This document shows, in pieces, positions 8,643-19,300 of a DNA stretch of 48,580 nucleotides. Source of the stretch: a virus (Duplodnaviria; Caudoviricetes); IMG/VR virus record IMGVR_UViG_3300035686_000080, positions 1-48,580 of that record, one strand, 5' to 3'. The position numbers and the translations under genes are program-made. Under the pieces are notes generated by a model, which saw nothing but the letters and a program-made list of their open reading frames with translations, was not told where the DNA came from and made no database searches. The first letter of the stretch is position 1; each line of letters begins with the position of its first letter.

Positions 8643-9950
8643 TCAGCCGGTAGCGGTTGAGATGACTTCGATGTCGAGCGCGTTCCAGCTCGTCACGTTG
8701 GCGATGTCGGCCGCTGCGAACGTGAAGGTCAGCAGCGTGTTCAAGTCGGCTCCGTCGGTGCCGACGGCCAGGGTCTGCGCCGCAGCGGTCGCGCGCACAG
8801 TGCCGCCCTGGTAGAGCTTCGCCGAGAGGGTGCCGGTGCCGCCGACCACTCGGCAGTAGACCGTCACCGAAAGATCGGTCCCGGCTGCGGGCGTCTCGAT
8901 AGCCGGGAGCCGGTAGCGGGCCGGCGCCCCGTTCGGGTTGACCGGCGACACGACGTAGGCCGATGGAACCCGGGGGTGGGCCGAGACGGCAGCGACCGGG
9001 TCGCCGCCAGCCCCGACGACGGTGTAGCCCGACGCTGAGACCAGCGCGATCGGCCGGACCACGGAGGCCGGCGCAGTGACCGTCACCGCCAGGGTGGTCG
9101 TGCCGGTGTCGCCGGACGAGTAGGTGGCGGTCAGGGTGACCGTCTTGACGCCGGCCGAGCCGTAGTCGTGGCTGGGCGATACGCCCGAGCCGGTGGAGCC
9201 GTCGCCGAAGTCCCAGGCGTAGCTGACCACCGGGTCGCCGCCGGCCAGGGTGGAGCCAGAGGCGTCGAACGAGGCCGTCAGACCCGCAGTGCTCGCGCTG
9301 AACACCGGCGCCAGCGTGAACGCCGCGGTGACCTCCCCCGTGGCGATCACCGCGTCCAACGTCCAGGACGGGCCGGTCGCGCCGGCCGCTCCAGCGATGT
9401 CGTAGGCGCTGGCGAACATCGACGTGGTGCCACGGGTGACCCGGCTCAGCGTGGTGAACACCGAGCCCACGAGGTGCTCCTGCTGGGTGCTGGCCACGGT
9501 CGCCTGGTAGGCGATGATGCCGAACACCAGGTCGCCGATGGCGGCGATGGCGGCGGCGGCCGGCGGAGTCTGCGAGCCGGCGTTCGCCCGGGACGCGGTG
9601 TCGCGCAGACGGACCGGCTTGTCGACCGGCCATTCAGCCACCACGCCAGCGACGTTGACGCTGGTGGACCCGTTGTGCACGGTGACTCCAGTGACGCCGC
9701 CAGCCGGAACCTGAATCCACCAGATCTCACCGTGACGCTGCGAGACGCCGGGGGTGAGCAGCGGGGCCATCGCGAGCTGGTTGCCGGCGCTGTCGGTGAC
9801 CGACGGGATGACACCCGAGGCCAGCTGCGCGGAGAATCCCGCCACGATCAGCGAGTTCGGCAACGTGGCCGGTATGGCAGCCGAGGCCACGTCGGACCCG
9901 AAGTTGTTGATCGCCGCGAAGTTGCGAGGGGCGCTGGGGAATCCGGTCAT
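8643..9950 (-). CDS. PKD (Ig-like) domain-containing minor tail protein
   Basis: FDASGS...SYAWDFGDGSTGSG...HDYGSAGVKTVTLT PKD signature. Confidence 0.8.
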   Translation of the reverse strand: MTGFPSAPRNFAAINNFGSDVASAAIPATLPNSLIVAGFSAQLASGVIPSVTDSAGNQLAMAPLLTPGVSQRHGEIWWIQVPAGGVTGVTVHNGSTSVNVAGVVAEWPVDKPVRLRDTASRANAGSQTPPAAAAIAAIGDLVFGIIAYQATVASTQQEHLVGSVFTTLSRVTRGTTSMFASAYDIAGAAGATGPSWTLDAVIATGEVTAAFTLAPVFSASTAGLTASFDASGSTLAGGDPVVSYAWDFGDGSTGSGVSPSHDYGSAGVKTVTLTATYSSGDTGTTTLAVTVTAPASVVRPIALVSASGYTVVGAGGDPVAAVSAHPRVPSAYVVSPVNPNGAPARYRLPAIETPAAGTDLSVTVYCRVVGGTGTLSAKLYQGGTVRATAAAQTLAVGTDGADLNTLLTFTFAAADIANVTSWNALDIEVISTATG

Positions 9951-11209
9951 CCTGTGTACTTCCAGACTCGGTGGTAGTCGATCTCGAAGGTGTTGGGGAA
10001 CTGAGCGCGGACGATGGGCACGCCGGCCCGGGAGGTGGCGCAGCTGCTCGGCGGGGTGCCGCTGCCGGAGATGCAGGCGTTGAGTAGGCGGGAGTAGCCG
10101 AGCGGGTCGTCGGGGTGGCCGACGTACTTGCCGTTGATCTGCGAGCCCTGGAGGTAGACGTTCCAGAACTGGTCGATCGAGCCGCCGTTGGTGGTCCAGT
10201 ACTCAGCCTGGGTGTCGACGTAGTCCCAGATCTTCACGCCGTCGACGTAGGCCTTGAACCGGACGTACTTGGAGGGCTTGGTCGGGTCGCCCGGGGTGGC
10301 GCCGGTGGCGTCGGTGACCGGGTAGCACTCGGTGCAGAAGGTGTGCCAGGCGGGGGCGTGGGTCGGGTTCTCGAAGAACGTGCCTCCCAGGCCGTCCGCG
10401 CTCCGGTTCTTCGACACCGAATACTGCGTCAGGAGCTTGCCGGTGGAGTCCCGTCCGGTGGCGCGGTGCAGGGTCGCCAGCGTCCGGCCGGGCACTTGGG
10501 CGTGGAAAATCTCCATGTCGTCCAACTCGACCATGCCAGCGCCGCCGTTCTTCGCGGTCGACCACCAGGCCTGCCAGATGCCTTGGCCGTGAGAGATCTT
10601 GGCGCGCATCTCCTTGCGGTGGTACAGCGGCAGGAACCAGCCAGCCGTCTTGGTGTCGAGCATCCCGGCGGTGAACTCCTTGCCGCCCACCGCTTCGCGC
10701 TTGCTGATCAGCTTGAGCGAGTTGCCGATCCCGTCCGACGCGGGGCTGACGACGACGTTCCGCTTGAGGTACAGCTGGATCCGGTCGGGCGCTCCGAACG
10801 TCGAGTTGTCGTAGGGGTGCCAGCGCGTCGGGTCCAGCGCGCCGGTGAAGTCGTCCGAGACGAGCAGGGTGTAGCCCGGGTGGGTAGCGGGAGGATTCAC
10901 GACGGGCGGCGGGAGTGGCGCCGGCTTCTTCCAGCCGGTCCCGGCCCGGGCAAGCGAGGAGCGGGGCATGAACGTGCCACCCTTTCGCCGACGCGGAACT
11001 CGGGACGCCCAGGTGTTGCCCGCTCGAGCGAATAGCCCGCTGGGCGCGGTTGATGGCGCGGTGGCCGCGGCGGTGATCTGGCCGATGTGCACGCGTGCAC
11101 CAGTGGGCCCGCCTGGTACGACGGCGGCGGTGACCTGCCCAATGTGGACCTGGGCGCCCGTGGCGGGCGTGACCGTGGCGGTGACCTGCCCAATGTGGAC
11201 CTGGGCCAC
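9947..11209 (-). CDS. Minor tail / receptor-binding protein with GH16-like domain
   Basis: SDDFTG, FTAGML, GIWQAWW, VELDDME (ExDxxE), WHTF, YVDG; three N-terminal VHIGQ(V/I)TA repeats. Confidence 0.75.
   Translation of the reverse strand: MAQVHIGQVTATVTPATGAQVHIGQVTAAVVPGGPTGARVHIGQITAAATAPSTAPSGLFARAGNTWASRVPRRRKGGTFMPRSSLARAGTGWKKPAPLPPPVVNPPATHPGYTLLVSDDFTGALDPTRWHPYDNSTFGAPDRIQLYLKRNVVVSPASDGIGNSLKLISKREAVGGKEFTAGMLDTKTAGWFLPLYHRKEMRAKISHGQGIWQAWWSTAKNGGAGMVELDDMEIFHAQVPGRTLATLHRATGRDSTGKLLTQYSVSKNRSADGLGGTFFENPTHAPAWHTFCTECYPVTDATGATPGDPTKPSKYVRFKAYVDGVKIWDYVDTQAEYWTTNGGSIDQFWNVYLQGSQINGKYVGHPDDPLGYSRLLNACISGSGTPPSSCATSRAGVPIVRAQFPNTFEIDYHRVWKYTG
11126..11206. repeat. Two identical 30-bp direct repeats encoding AQVHIGQVTA
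   Basis: ggcggtgacctgcccaatgtggacctgggc at 11126-11155 and 11177-11206; a third, diverged copy lies near 11070-11100. Confidence 0.9.
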
Positions 11210-11493
11210 TAGGTGACCTGGTCCCAGAGGTCGTTATCGGCGAGCACGACGCCGGGCAGTCCAGCGGGGTCGGTCGGGCCGACGAACAGTCGGACCTTCG
11301 ACGTGTCGCTGATGGCGGTCGGCTCACCGCGCTTGGTGCGGTACTTCGCCCCGTCCCAGAACAGCACGACGAGGTCGTTATTGGTGCCGAGCAGGCCGCT
11401 CTCCCAGTTCTCCATGTCGGCAGCGTCGGCCGGCGTGCCGCCGGCTTCGCCGTCGCGCCACTCGGGCTGGGTGCGGCTGTAGGCCAGCCCCAT
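11209..11493 (-). CDS. Hypothetical (probable minor tail) protein, 94 aa
   Basis: Coupled ORF in late operon; W.DG..GGTP..A..M..WE.G motif typical of tail-fibre N-termini. Confidence 0.65.
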   Translation of the reverse strand: MGLAYSRTQPEWRDGEAGGTPADAADMENWESGLLGTNNDLVVLFWDGAKYRTKRGEPTAISDTSKVRLFVGPTDPAGLPGVVLADNDLWDQVT

Positions 11494-11837
11494 CAGGAGC
11501 CGCCCGGGTGTCGGGGCTGGTCGATCGTGGCGACCTGGTAGGCGGTGTCAGGAGGCTCGTCCTGACACCGCCTGAGAGCGTCACGCAGGTCATCGATCAC
11601 TGCGATCAGCTCCCCCGGGCGGTTGGTGTGCGGCGCGAGCCAGCCGGCGAGGCCAGCCACCAGCGCCGTGACGAACACCGCGACCGGTGCGGGCACCGCA
11701 GAAATCGCCTGCACGGCGTGCAGCGCGTCGGCCGGTTGACCCCAGAACAACACTCCGAGCAGCCAGAGGATGAGCGGAGAGACAACAGCCCCGCCGCCGG
11801 CACCGGCGTAGACCTTCGACTCGATCGGAGCGCTCAT
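11493..11837 (-). CDS. Putative holin
   Basis: Two hydrophobic segments, KV.A...G.A N-terminus and GWLAPHT.R motif; directly after the endolysin. Confidence 0.75.
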   Translation of the reverse strand: MSAPIESKVYAGAGGGAVVSPLILWLLGVLFWGQPADALHAVQAISAVPAPVAVFVTALVAGLAGWLAPHTNRPGELIAVIDDLRDALRRCQDEPPDTAYQVATIDQPRHPGGS

Positions 11838-12589
11838 TCCGGCCCGTCCAGCTGCTGGCCGAGTTCGGTGACGACCGCGGCGGCGAGCGCCTGCACGTCG
11901 ACCGCTTCACCCGCGGGCAGGGTCTTCAGCCGCTCAGCGATCCGTGCGGGCAGCTCGTCCAGCGCCAAGCGGGCCATGTTGGCGCCCTTCGCCTGGCCCA
12001 GGATCGCCGCGAGCATCTGCGCCACCGAGCCGTCGAAGTCGACACCGCCGAGCGAGCGGTTCACGAACGCCGTGGCGACGTCAGCCGCCAGTTCCTGCTT
12101 GTCCCGCTCGGGCCAATCCGAGTACGCCATGTCGTCCTCCTGAGGTTGTTCGCCGGGTAGCTGGAGCACCCAGGGCCGGGTGTCGTCGGCCGCCGGTCCG
12201 TCCACGACGGACAGGTGGCAGTGGGTGTCGTGCGGGTCGCGGGTGCCCGTGTAGACCAGCCAGGTCCACGGCTGGACGCCTCGCCGCGCAGCTACGGCCG
12301 GACCGTAGAAGATCCGGCCGTAGCTGATGAAGTAGGAGATGCGCGGGTCGCGGCTGAGTCGCAGGCGCTCGCCGAGCCACTTGCCCAGGCTCGGCTCCTG
12401 CGGGTCGCGGGTGTCGTCGTCGAAGTCCTGCGCCCGAACGACGCCGTTCTCGTCGGGGTTGTGATCGGACTCGGTGCGCGCGTGCGCCTCGTCACCGATG
12501 GTCCCGTCCGACGCCTTGTCTCGGTTCGGAAAGCGTGCGTTGACGGGACTACGGAGCACTGGCAGGCAGGCGGCGTTGCGCCAGGTCAT
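11834..12589 (-). CDS. Endolysin (putative Zn-peptidase type)
   Basis: RDKASDGTIGD..H....SDHNPD...A.D...H..HCHLS motif set typical of actinophage lysins; holin adjacent. Confidence 0.75.
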   Translation of the reverse strand: MTWRNAACLPVLRSPVNARFPNRDKASDGTIGDEAHARTESDHNPDENGVVRAQDFDDDTRDPQEPSLGKWLGERLRLSRDPRISYFISYGRIFYGPAVAARRGVQPWTWLVYTGTRDPHDTHCHLSVVDGPAADDTRPWVLQLPGEQPQEDDMAYSDWPERDKQELAADVATAFVNRSLGGVDFDGSVAQMLAAILGQAKGANMARLALDELPARIAERLKTLPAGEAVDVQALAAAVVTELGQQLDGPE

Positions 12590-12936
12590 CAGGGTCGCTC
12601 ACCTTCGACGTCCCCGGCCGCCAGCTGCTTCTCGCGCTTGCGGTACGCGATCCGGAAGCGCAGAAAGGACAGGACGCGGGCGACAATCAGCGCGTCGATC
12701 ACGAAGCCCGAGACCACGCGAAACACCATCGTGTTCGTCACCGGGCCGGTGTAGCCGCTGCCGTCGGACTGGGCGAGCAGCACCAGGGCGCGCAGGTACC
12801 ACAACAGGAACACCGCCACCAGGGCGTTTGCCTCGATGCCGAGGCGGCTGAACGGCCGGGATGGCCGGATCAGCAACAGGTGACTGCCCAGCGCCAGAAT
12901 CCCCACGATGATCATCACGTACGCGGCGACCAGCAA
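12589..12936 (-). CDS. Membrane protein (about 3 TM), lysis-cassette associated
   Basis: Three hydrophobic stretches, basic C-terminus, upstream of endolysin. Confidence 0.65.
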   Translation of the reverse strand: MLVAAYVMIIVGILALGSHLLLIRPSRPFSRLGIEANALVAVFLLWYLRALVLLAQSDGSGYTGPVTNTMVFRVVSGFVIDALIVARVLSFLRFRIAYRKREKQLAAGDVEGERP

Positions 12937-12955
12937 GGTTGATCCTCCCTATCTC

Positions 12956-13186
12956 TTAGGCCGACCGGCGCAGTCGTGCGCCCGCGATGCCCAGCAACCA
13001 CTCGACCCAGTGGTTCGCCTCGTTGTGGTCGCTGAGCTTCTGCCGGACGTCGGCGATTGCCGGTTCCATCTCGCGCTGGGCAGCCAGGTCGGCGAGTGCC
13101 TGCTTGTGCGACTCGTCCGCAGCGGCGATCGCCGCGATGGCTTCGGGTGAGGGCTGGACGGGTCGGCGGCGGAAGCGGTGGATCAC
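12956..13186 (-). CDS. Small lysis-region hypothetical protein, 76 aa
   Basis: GTG start overlapping upstream stop (GTGA); ...NEANHWVE C-terminal motif. Confidence 0.6.
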   Translation of the reverse strand: MIHRFRRRPVQPSPEAIAAIAAADESHKQALADLAAQREMEPAIADVRQKLSDHNEANHWVEWLLGIAGARLRRSA

Positions 13187-13530
13187 ATGCGACCTTCCCG
13201 ATCTTTTGGGACGTGCCCGAGCCTTTCGAGCACGGCGGTCAGGGTCTTGCTGCCTTCGAGAGCCAAGCCCGCCTGGCTTTGCGCGGTCTGCAGGCTGACT
13301 CTGGTCAGCTGGTGGGCCTCGCGCTCCTTGTCGAACGCTGTGCGCCAGGCGTCCCGGTCCGCCTTGATGATCTCCACGGCGACCTTGGGGATCAGGATGC
13401 CGCTCAGGACGAGCGCGAGCATGAGGCCGCCGGGTCCCCACTGAAGGAGGATCGAGAGGTAGTCGGGGTCGGTGGCGCTGTCTGCGACTGCACTCAGGAT
13501 GCTCTTGGCCATGGGGGGTAGCTGCTGCAT
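13183..13530 (-). CDS. Membrane protein with coiled coil (lysis-region)
   Basis: Hydrophobic LLQWGPGGLMLALVLSGILIP followed by DRDAWRTA coiled coil; start coupled to upstream stop. Confidence 0.65.
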   Translation of the reverse strand: MQQLPPMAKSILSAVADSATDPDYLSILLQWGPGGLMLALVLSGILIPKVAVEIIKADRDAWRTAFDKEREAHQLTRVSLQTAQSQAGLALEGSKTLTAVLERLGHVPKDREGRM

Positions 13531-14075
13531 CAGGCGTGCACGAATCGGGCGGAGAACCGGGACAGCGTGGCGGCGGCGGCCGAGGTGAGCAGGTTGCCGC
13601 CGGAGTTCTGCCACACCTGCACCTGGACGAAGTCGCCGGTGTCAAGGCTCAGCGTGTCGAACGTGCTCACAGTGGTGCCGCGCCCGGTGGCCTGGTTCGC
13701 GCCGCGCTCTTCACGTGCGCGCACCTCGGTGCCGTTGACCAAGAAGTTGATGAACCGGCTACCGTTCGGGTTGGGCATGAACGTCGAGGCGGCGAAGAAG
13801 TCGTAGTCACCTGGGCGGACACAGAAGATCTTGTTGGTCGAGGTGGCCGCCACATACATCCCGGACGGGTTGCGTCTGACCACGTCGAACGTGAGCACCG
13901 GAGTGGTGTTGTCGCCGATGGTCTGGCCGAGCGTCTGATTCGTGGTCAGCACGCACAGCGGGAGGTTGCTCAGCGCCGCGTCGACCGCCTTCGCCATCGC
14001 TTCCATCTGCGCGGGCCCGTTCGGCGCCTCATGCAGGCCGGGATACGGGAATCCCCAGAAGTCGGTGTACTCCAT
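13530..14075 (-). CDS. Minor tail protein
   Basis: M..T..WGFPYP N-terminus; beta-rich C-terminus LDTGDFVQVQVWQNSGGNL. Confidence 0.75.
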   Translation of the reverse strand: MEYTDFWGFPYPGLHEAPNGPAQMEAMAKAVDAALSNLPLCVLTTNQTLGQTIGDNTTPVLTFDVVRRNPSGMYVAATSTNKIFCVRPGDYDFFAASTFMPNPNGSRFINFLVNGTEVRAREERGANQATGRGTTVSTFDTLSLDTGDFVQVQVWQNSGGNLLTSAAAATLSRFSARFVHA

Positions 14076-14088
14076 CGAGTGCGCGCTC

Positions 14089-14355
14089 CTACGGGCTGGG
14101 GGTGGTTGGGGGGACGCCGCGCGGGACGCCGAGGATGATCGGAGAGCCGGCGATGAACAGCACGCCGACGGTGTCGCCGACGGCCGGCGTCTCGCCGTAG
14201 TAGCCGGCCTGCACCTCGTCGCCGCGGACGGTCACGGTGAGGACGCCGTCGGTGATCGCGGTGACCTCGCCGTTGGCGTGGGCGAGGTCTTTCGACGCCG
14301 CGTCCGCAGGGGCGAGTGTGTCGGCCAGTGCTTGAAGCTCCGTGTGGAGGCTCAT
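14089..14355 (-). CDS. Small minor tail protein, 88 aa
   Basis: ATGA overlap; GEVTA...Y..TPAVGDTV.V......ILG pattern. Confidence 0.7.
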   Translation of the reverse strand: MSLHTELQALADTLAPADAASKDLAHANGEVTAITDGVLTVTVRGDEVQAGYYGETPAVGDTVGVLFIAGSPIILGVPRGVPPTTPSP

Positions 14356-15512
14356 GCGGTGAAGCCCAGCTCGGTCAACAGATCCTCGTATCCGGTGGGC
14401 AGGATCGACCTGCACTGAATGCGTTGCACGCCGGTCGGCAGCAGCGGCACGGTGAACGAGCTGGCCACCCGGATCTCCGGTTTCGCCGGGTCGCCGCCGG
14501 GGGTGACGACGCCGATGACGTCGTCGGCGTCCAGGGCGGCGTTCGGGACGCAGGTCACGGTCAGCTCCGATGCCGCGCCGAGCAGCTTCGACAGCTTCAC
14601 GATCGCGGCGACCTGCATCTGGTTCGGGCTGTAGAACGCCGGGCTGGTGATCTGCTTGGGCTGGAAGCCCAGCGGCCCGTGGATCGAGTAGGGGTCGTTC
14701 TGGTCGGTGTTGGAGGCGATGACCCTGGGCAGGTAGAGGCCTGCGGCGGTGCTGTCGACGATGACGGCGTTGAATAGCTTCGACCGGTCCCGAGTCCGCT
14801 CGGCGCCGAGCAGCGCGCCGCCCTCCCGGGGGCGCACGGTCCAGACGGGAGCAGCGCCGGGTTGCGGCGCCGGCACTCGGCGCAGTACGGCACGCCCGTC
14901 GGGCGCGAAGTACGCCTGCACCGACGATGCGACGGCGATCTTGCGGATGGCGGCGTCCCGGTCGCCGTCCGCCCACATCAGCGGCCCGGCGGGTGTCACT
15001 GCCGATGAGTCGAGCTGCGCCCACCCGGGGAAGGGGTAGGCGGCGTTGGGCCATGCGCCCTCGACGAGCCGCTTGATCTCCATCCAGGCGGGGTTGGCCG
15101 CGACGCTGGACGTCGGGTCGCCGGGCCGGCCGAGCTTGTTGCGCTGCACGATGACCGACCGATCCCGGCAGGTGAGCCTGAGCTGCCCATCGTCGTCGTA
15201 GTCGTGGCTGTCCTCGTCCACGACGAACACCCCGAGCGGCACGGTCTCTTCGGTGTGGTCGATGTAGCGGACGGTCTGGGCGACGGTGATCTCCCCGCCG
15301 GGGGCGCCTAGGGCGTCGACGTACTCCGCCAGCGGCGGGACCGTCATGCGGAGTTCACGGCGGCAGGACGCGCCGCTGTCGACCTGCACCTCCCCGCCGG
15401 TGATCGTCAGCGGGGTCGACGCGCCGGTGAACGGGTCGTAGTGCGTGGCGGCGTACCGGACGTCCCGCCAGGTGCCCAGGCTGTCGAGGTAGAGCTTGCT
15501 GCGCGGCCACAT
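14352..15512 (-). CDS. Minor tail (baseplate hub-type, DUF5047-like) protein
   Basis: GGEVQVD...RR, VPLGVF, FNAVIV, PNAALDADDV motifs; second gene after tape measure. Confidence 0.8.
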   Translation of the reverse strand: MWPRSKLYLDSLGTWRDVRYAATHYDPFTGASTPLTITGGEVQVDSGASCRRELRMTVPPLAEYVDALGAPGGEITVAQTVRYIDHTEETVPLGVFVVDEDSHDYDDDGQLRLTCRDRSVIVQRNKLGRPGDPTSSVAANPAWMEIKRLVEGAWPNAAYPFPGWAQLDSSAVTPAGPLMWADGDRDAAIRKIAVASSVQAYFAPDGRAVLRRVPAPQPGAAPVWTVRPREGGALLGAERTRDRSKLFNAVIVDSTAAGLYLPRVIASNTDQNDPYSIHGPLGFQPKQITSPAFYSPNQMQVAAIVKLSKLLGAASELTVTCVPNAALDADDVIGVVTPGGDPAKPEIRVASSFTVPLLPTGVQRIQCRSILPTGYEDLLTELGFTA

Positions 15513-15513
15513 G

Positions 15514-16362
15514 TCAGGTGCCCGCGATTCCGGTGAGCACGCCCCGCCAGGTCTTGTACTTGGCCAGGACTGCGGCCCACGTCGGGCATTCGAGCAGCAG
15601 GTCGGCCCAGCTCCGCTGAGCGCGGATGCCGCCGAGCGGCCTGGCCACCTCAGAGGCCGGCAGCCCCCAGATGCGGCAGCTGTCGGCGTAGACCTGTGAC
15701 CGGCGAGATCGGCTGATGTCGCCGAACCAGACCCAGCGGTATTCGGACTCGTCGGTGAACGCCGGGTAGACCATCTGTAGCAGCAGCGGCGCTTGGTCGA
15801 AGAACAACTGGTCCAGGGCGTCGCGCTCGGCCTTGGTCAGGGTCTTGAGGATCACCTGGAAGTTGGGGGCCTTGCGACCGCCGTTGGACACGGGAACCGC
15901 GTACGGGCTGTCGAGGACGTCGTGCAGGCCGCCGCTGCCGCGGATCACCTCGTCGTCGATGAGCTTGACGATGACGGGGCAGGACAGGGCGGGGATGCCG
16001 GGGTGGATCAGCCACGGGTTGGCCACGTCCAGCCGCACGTCGCTCGAGGTCAGCCGTGCGCCGGTGGTTGGCACCCACTCGTAGCGGGCCAGCTGGTTGT
16101 AGCGGATCTCGTAGTCGTAGCCGACCCATGCCCCGGCGGTGAGCGTTGCCGGGTCGCCCTGGCGGACTGGCACGGCGCGGCCGTCGGCGCCGGTGCGCAG
16201 CACCTGGCCGGTCGCGCTGCCAGCGGCCTTGGTGATCTCCAGCCGCACCCGCGGCGGGTAGTTGCCGGGCTCCGGTACGGCGGTGATGCCGGGGGTGTCG
16301 TCGCCGTCGCCGGGGAAGGCGGTGGGTCCCGGGTAGAACCCGGGGTGAAGGGCTGGCGGCAT
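15514..16362 (-). CDS. Minor tail (distal-tail-like) protein
   Basis: First gene after tape measure; DYE...Y, WLIHPG.P motifs. Confidence 0.75.
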   Translation of the reverse strand: MPPALHPGFYPGPTAFPGDGDDTPGITAVPEPGNYPPRVRLEITKAAGSATGQVLRTGADGRAVPVRQGDPATLTAGAWVGYDYEIRYNQLARYEWVPTTGARLTSSDVRLDVANPWLIHPGIPALSCPVIVKLIDDEVIRGSGGLHDVLDSPYAVPVSNGGRKAPNFQVILKTLTKAERDALDQLFFDQAPLLLQMVYPAFTDESEYRWVWFGDISRSRRSQVYADSCRIWGLPASEVARPLGGIRAQRSWADLLLECPTWAAVLAKYKTWRGVLTGIAGT

Positions 16363-16368
16363 GGTCGG

Positions 16369-19300
16369 CTAGTCCCCCGACCGACCGGTTACGAGCAACC
16401 GCCGCAGGTCGTTGATGACGCCCTGCAGCTCCCCACCGGCGAACTGGGCGTGCGCGATCCTCTTGCCGTCGAGCTTGACCTCGATCGGCTTGTTGGTGAT
16501 CCGGGCCAGCTGTAGGACGGCGTTGACGATCGCCGTCTCGGTCCGCGCGGACTGGGCGAGGGCGCGGGACAGGTTGGCGGTGTCCCGGGCGATCGGCGGC
16601 CCGTAGATGGCGGCGGCCTGGCGAGAGCCGCCGTGCACGGACCGGTCGAATCGCTCGTTGGCCTTGACCAGTGCCGCGATGTCGCTGCGGGAGCCGCCGG
16701 CGAGGGAGTCGAGGATCGGCGATGGGCCGTCCTTTGCGAAGCGCGCGAGCAGGTCCGCCGGGATGGCGCCGCTGCCGCGCAGCTTGGCCAGCGTGGTGCC
16801 GTAGTTCTCGTTCTGGGCGGCCTTGGCCTGGAGGTAGGCGGTGTAGTTGCCGATCGACCCGAACTGCGCCGGGTCGGCTCCCTCGGCCAGCTTGGTCGAC
16901 ACCCCGGACGCGAGGGACTGCTGCTCCTCGCGCATGCGGGTGAGGTTGGCGCGGATCGCGGCGACCCGGGCCTGCATCCCTTTGAGGGTGAAGGCGTTGT
17001 CCACGGCCAGCGACAGCAGGCGGGTCGCCTGCGCCACGGACGGAATTTGGCCGCGGATGAAGGAGGCGATGCCGTAGGCCTGCCCGCCGCCAGCGGTGAC
17101 CGTGATGGCGTCGGTGATCACCTTCGGCTTCGCCGTCTTGGTCTTCTTGGCCTTCGCCTTGGCCTTGGCGCGGGACTCGGTCAGCGTCGGGGTGAGGGTG
17201 TAGATGCCGGAGCCGACGGTGCCGCCGTCGGCGAACTTGCCGGCGTTGATGGCCTTGAGCAGCGCCCGGTGCCGGCCGGCCGCGGCGGCGTTGATGACCT
17301 CTTCCCCAGGCGATGCCCACATGAGGACCTTGTCCTCGCGGGGCCCGCCGGGGCCTTGGACGGTGCCGCCGTCGGCGAAGGCTTGCCGGCCGCCGACCGA
17401 CTGCTGGTAGCTGACACCGCCGGAGGTCACCACGTTGATGCGGGCGGTGCGGTTCCGGGCAAGCAGTTGCAACTGGTACTCGGCCGACTCGATGCCGTGG
17501 ACCAGGACGCCCTGCCGGATGGACTTGGGCAGCGTGTTGAGGAACGACCGGAACTCGGCGATCCGGGCCCGGGCTGCGTCGGCGTTGAACTCGGCTGTCG
17601 TCCTGGCCGGCTTGAGCTTGTTCAGGTCGAGGAAGGTGTTGATGAACTTCGTGACCTCCTCGCGGTTGGCCCCGTGCGCGACGGCGTTGTCGATGATCTG
17701 CTGACGCAGCACCGCCAGTCGGGCCTTCGCGGCATCCGACGAGCGGGCCAGGTCGCCGCTCGCGCCGGCCGCGGCCATCGCCGCGGTGACCTGGCTGAGC
17801 AGGTTGCCCCGATTGGCGACCGCAGCCTCGGATAGGCCGGTCACCGACGTCGCCGCGTGCCGGTGCTCAGCGGCCAGGTCCTTCGTGGCCTCCTTCTGCG
17901 ACTCCAGAGCACGGGCGCCACTGATGACGGCCTGGTCGAAGGCGTTCTGGGTCTGGGCCGAGGTGAGCTGCTTGCCGCTGAGTTCGTCGAGGGCGAGCTT
18001 GAGCAGTCCGCTCACGTCGTTCTGCCGCTGCATGGCGAGTGTGGTCATCGCCAGCTGGTCGGCGGTCTTGCCTTCGGCCTCGATGACGGCTTGCAGGGTG
18101 GGGACGGTGGTCCCGTAGCGGGTAGCCAGGGCTTGAAGCGTGGACTCCTGGGCCTTCGTAGCCTCGGCCGCACGTTGCCGCGCGACAGCAGCGCGCCGTT
18201 CGTACTCGGCCACCATGCCAGCTGCCTGGGCGGCTTGCTTGACGGCCGCGTTCCTACGGTCCTCGTCGCCGCCACTGCGTCGGCTGATCGGGTCGTTGAA
18301 AAGGCTCGCACCCTTGCGCGCCGCGTCCGCCACCGCGCCGCCGAAATCGAGCGCTGTATCGACACCTCGCATGAGCTTGGCCGTGATGTCGAGGATGCCG
18401 GTGCCGATCGGCTCCAGTGCCACGGCCGTGTCGACCAGGCCCTCGGTGATGTCGCCCAGGTCCTCGGCGACTTCGGGCAGTTCGCGGCGGGCGTAGGCGA
18501 CGAATTCGGCGAACTTCGGGGAGCCGGCGAAGTCGGCCCACTTCTGAGCCAGGAACTCCGCGCCCTTGCCGCCGTCTTCGAGCAGCGGCTGCATGACCCG
18601 CAGTGCGGTGACGGTGCCACCGGCGCCGATGTTCAGCGCCTGCCCGAGGTGCCGGGCAAGGCCAGCGATGGGCCCTTGCAGGCTGGGCATGTACGCCCGG
18701 ATCTTGCCCAGGGCGCCCAGGACGCCGGGTGCCGCCCGGTCGGCCGCTACCACCTGAAGTTGCGACAGCTCAGCGCCGATGCCCTTGAACTGGGCGCGAA
18801 GCTTCTGGCCGGTCGAGGTCTCTCGCGCCTCCGCGTCCGCGAGGCCCTTGTATGCCAGCGCTGCGCCGCCGAGAGCTCCGGTGAGGCCGAGGACGCCGGC
18901 GGTGGCCGCGCCAACCAGGGGTCCGGCGAGGGACGCGCCGGCGATGATCGCGCCGAAGATAAGCGGCCCGCTGCCGATCCCGCCCGAGGTCCCGACCCGG
19001 CTGGCGCCGTTCAGCCCGTTCATCTGGACGTGCAGGGCGGCGAGCTTCGCCGCGGCGGCAGCGGTGTCGACCCGGATCTGCAGGTCGTCCTTCGCCTTGT
19101 GCGACAGGTGGTCGAGCTCGACCTGCAGCGCACGCAGCTTCGCTGCTGCGTCGGCCGCGCTGATGTCGACGCCGATCTTCTGCTGCCCGAGCGCGACCAT
19201 GCGGGCGCGGATCTCGGCCAGCTCCCGCTGGGCGGGGGTGCTGTCAGCGTCCACGTCGATCTTCGGCAGGGCCGCGGACGCCTCCCTGATCGCCCTGGCC

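Noticed and set aside
8626-9633. N-terminal extension making the GH16 ORF 669 aa
   Set aside because: Arg-rich off-frame overlap with the PKD gene; a good RBS and signal peptide start at 8625.
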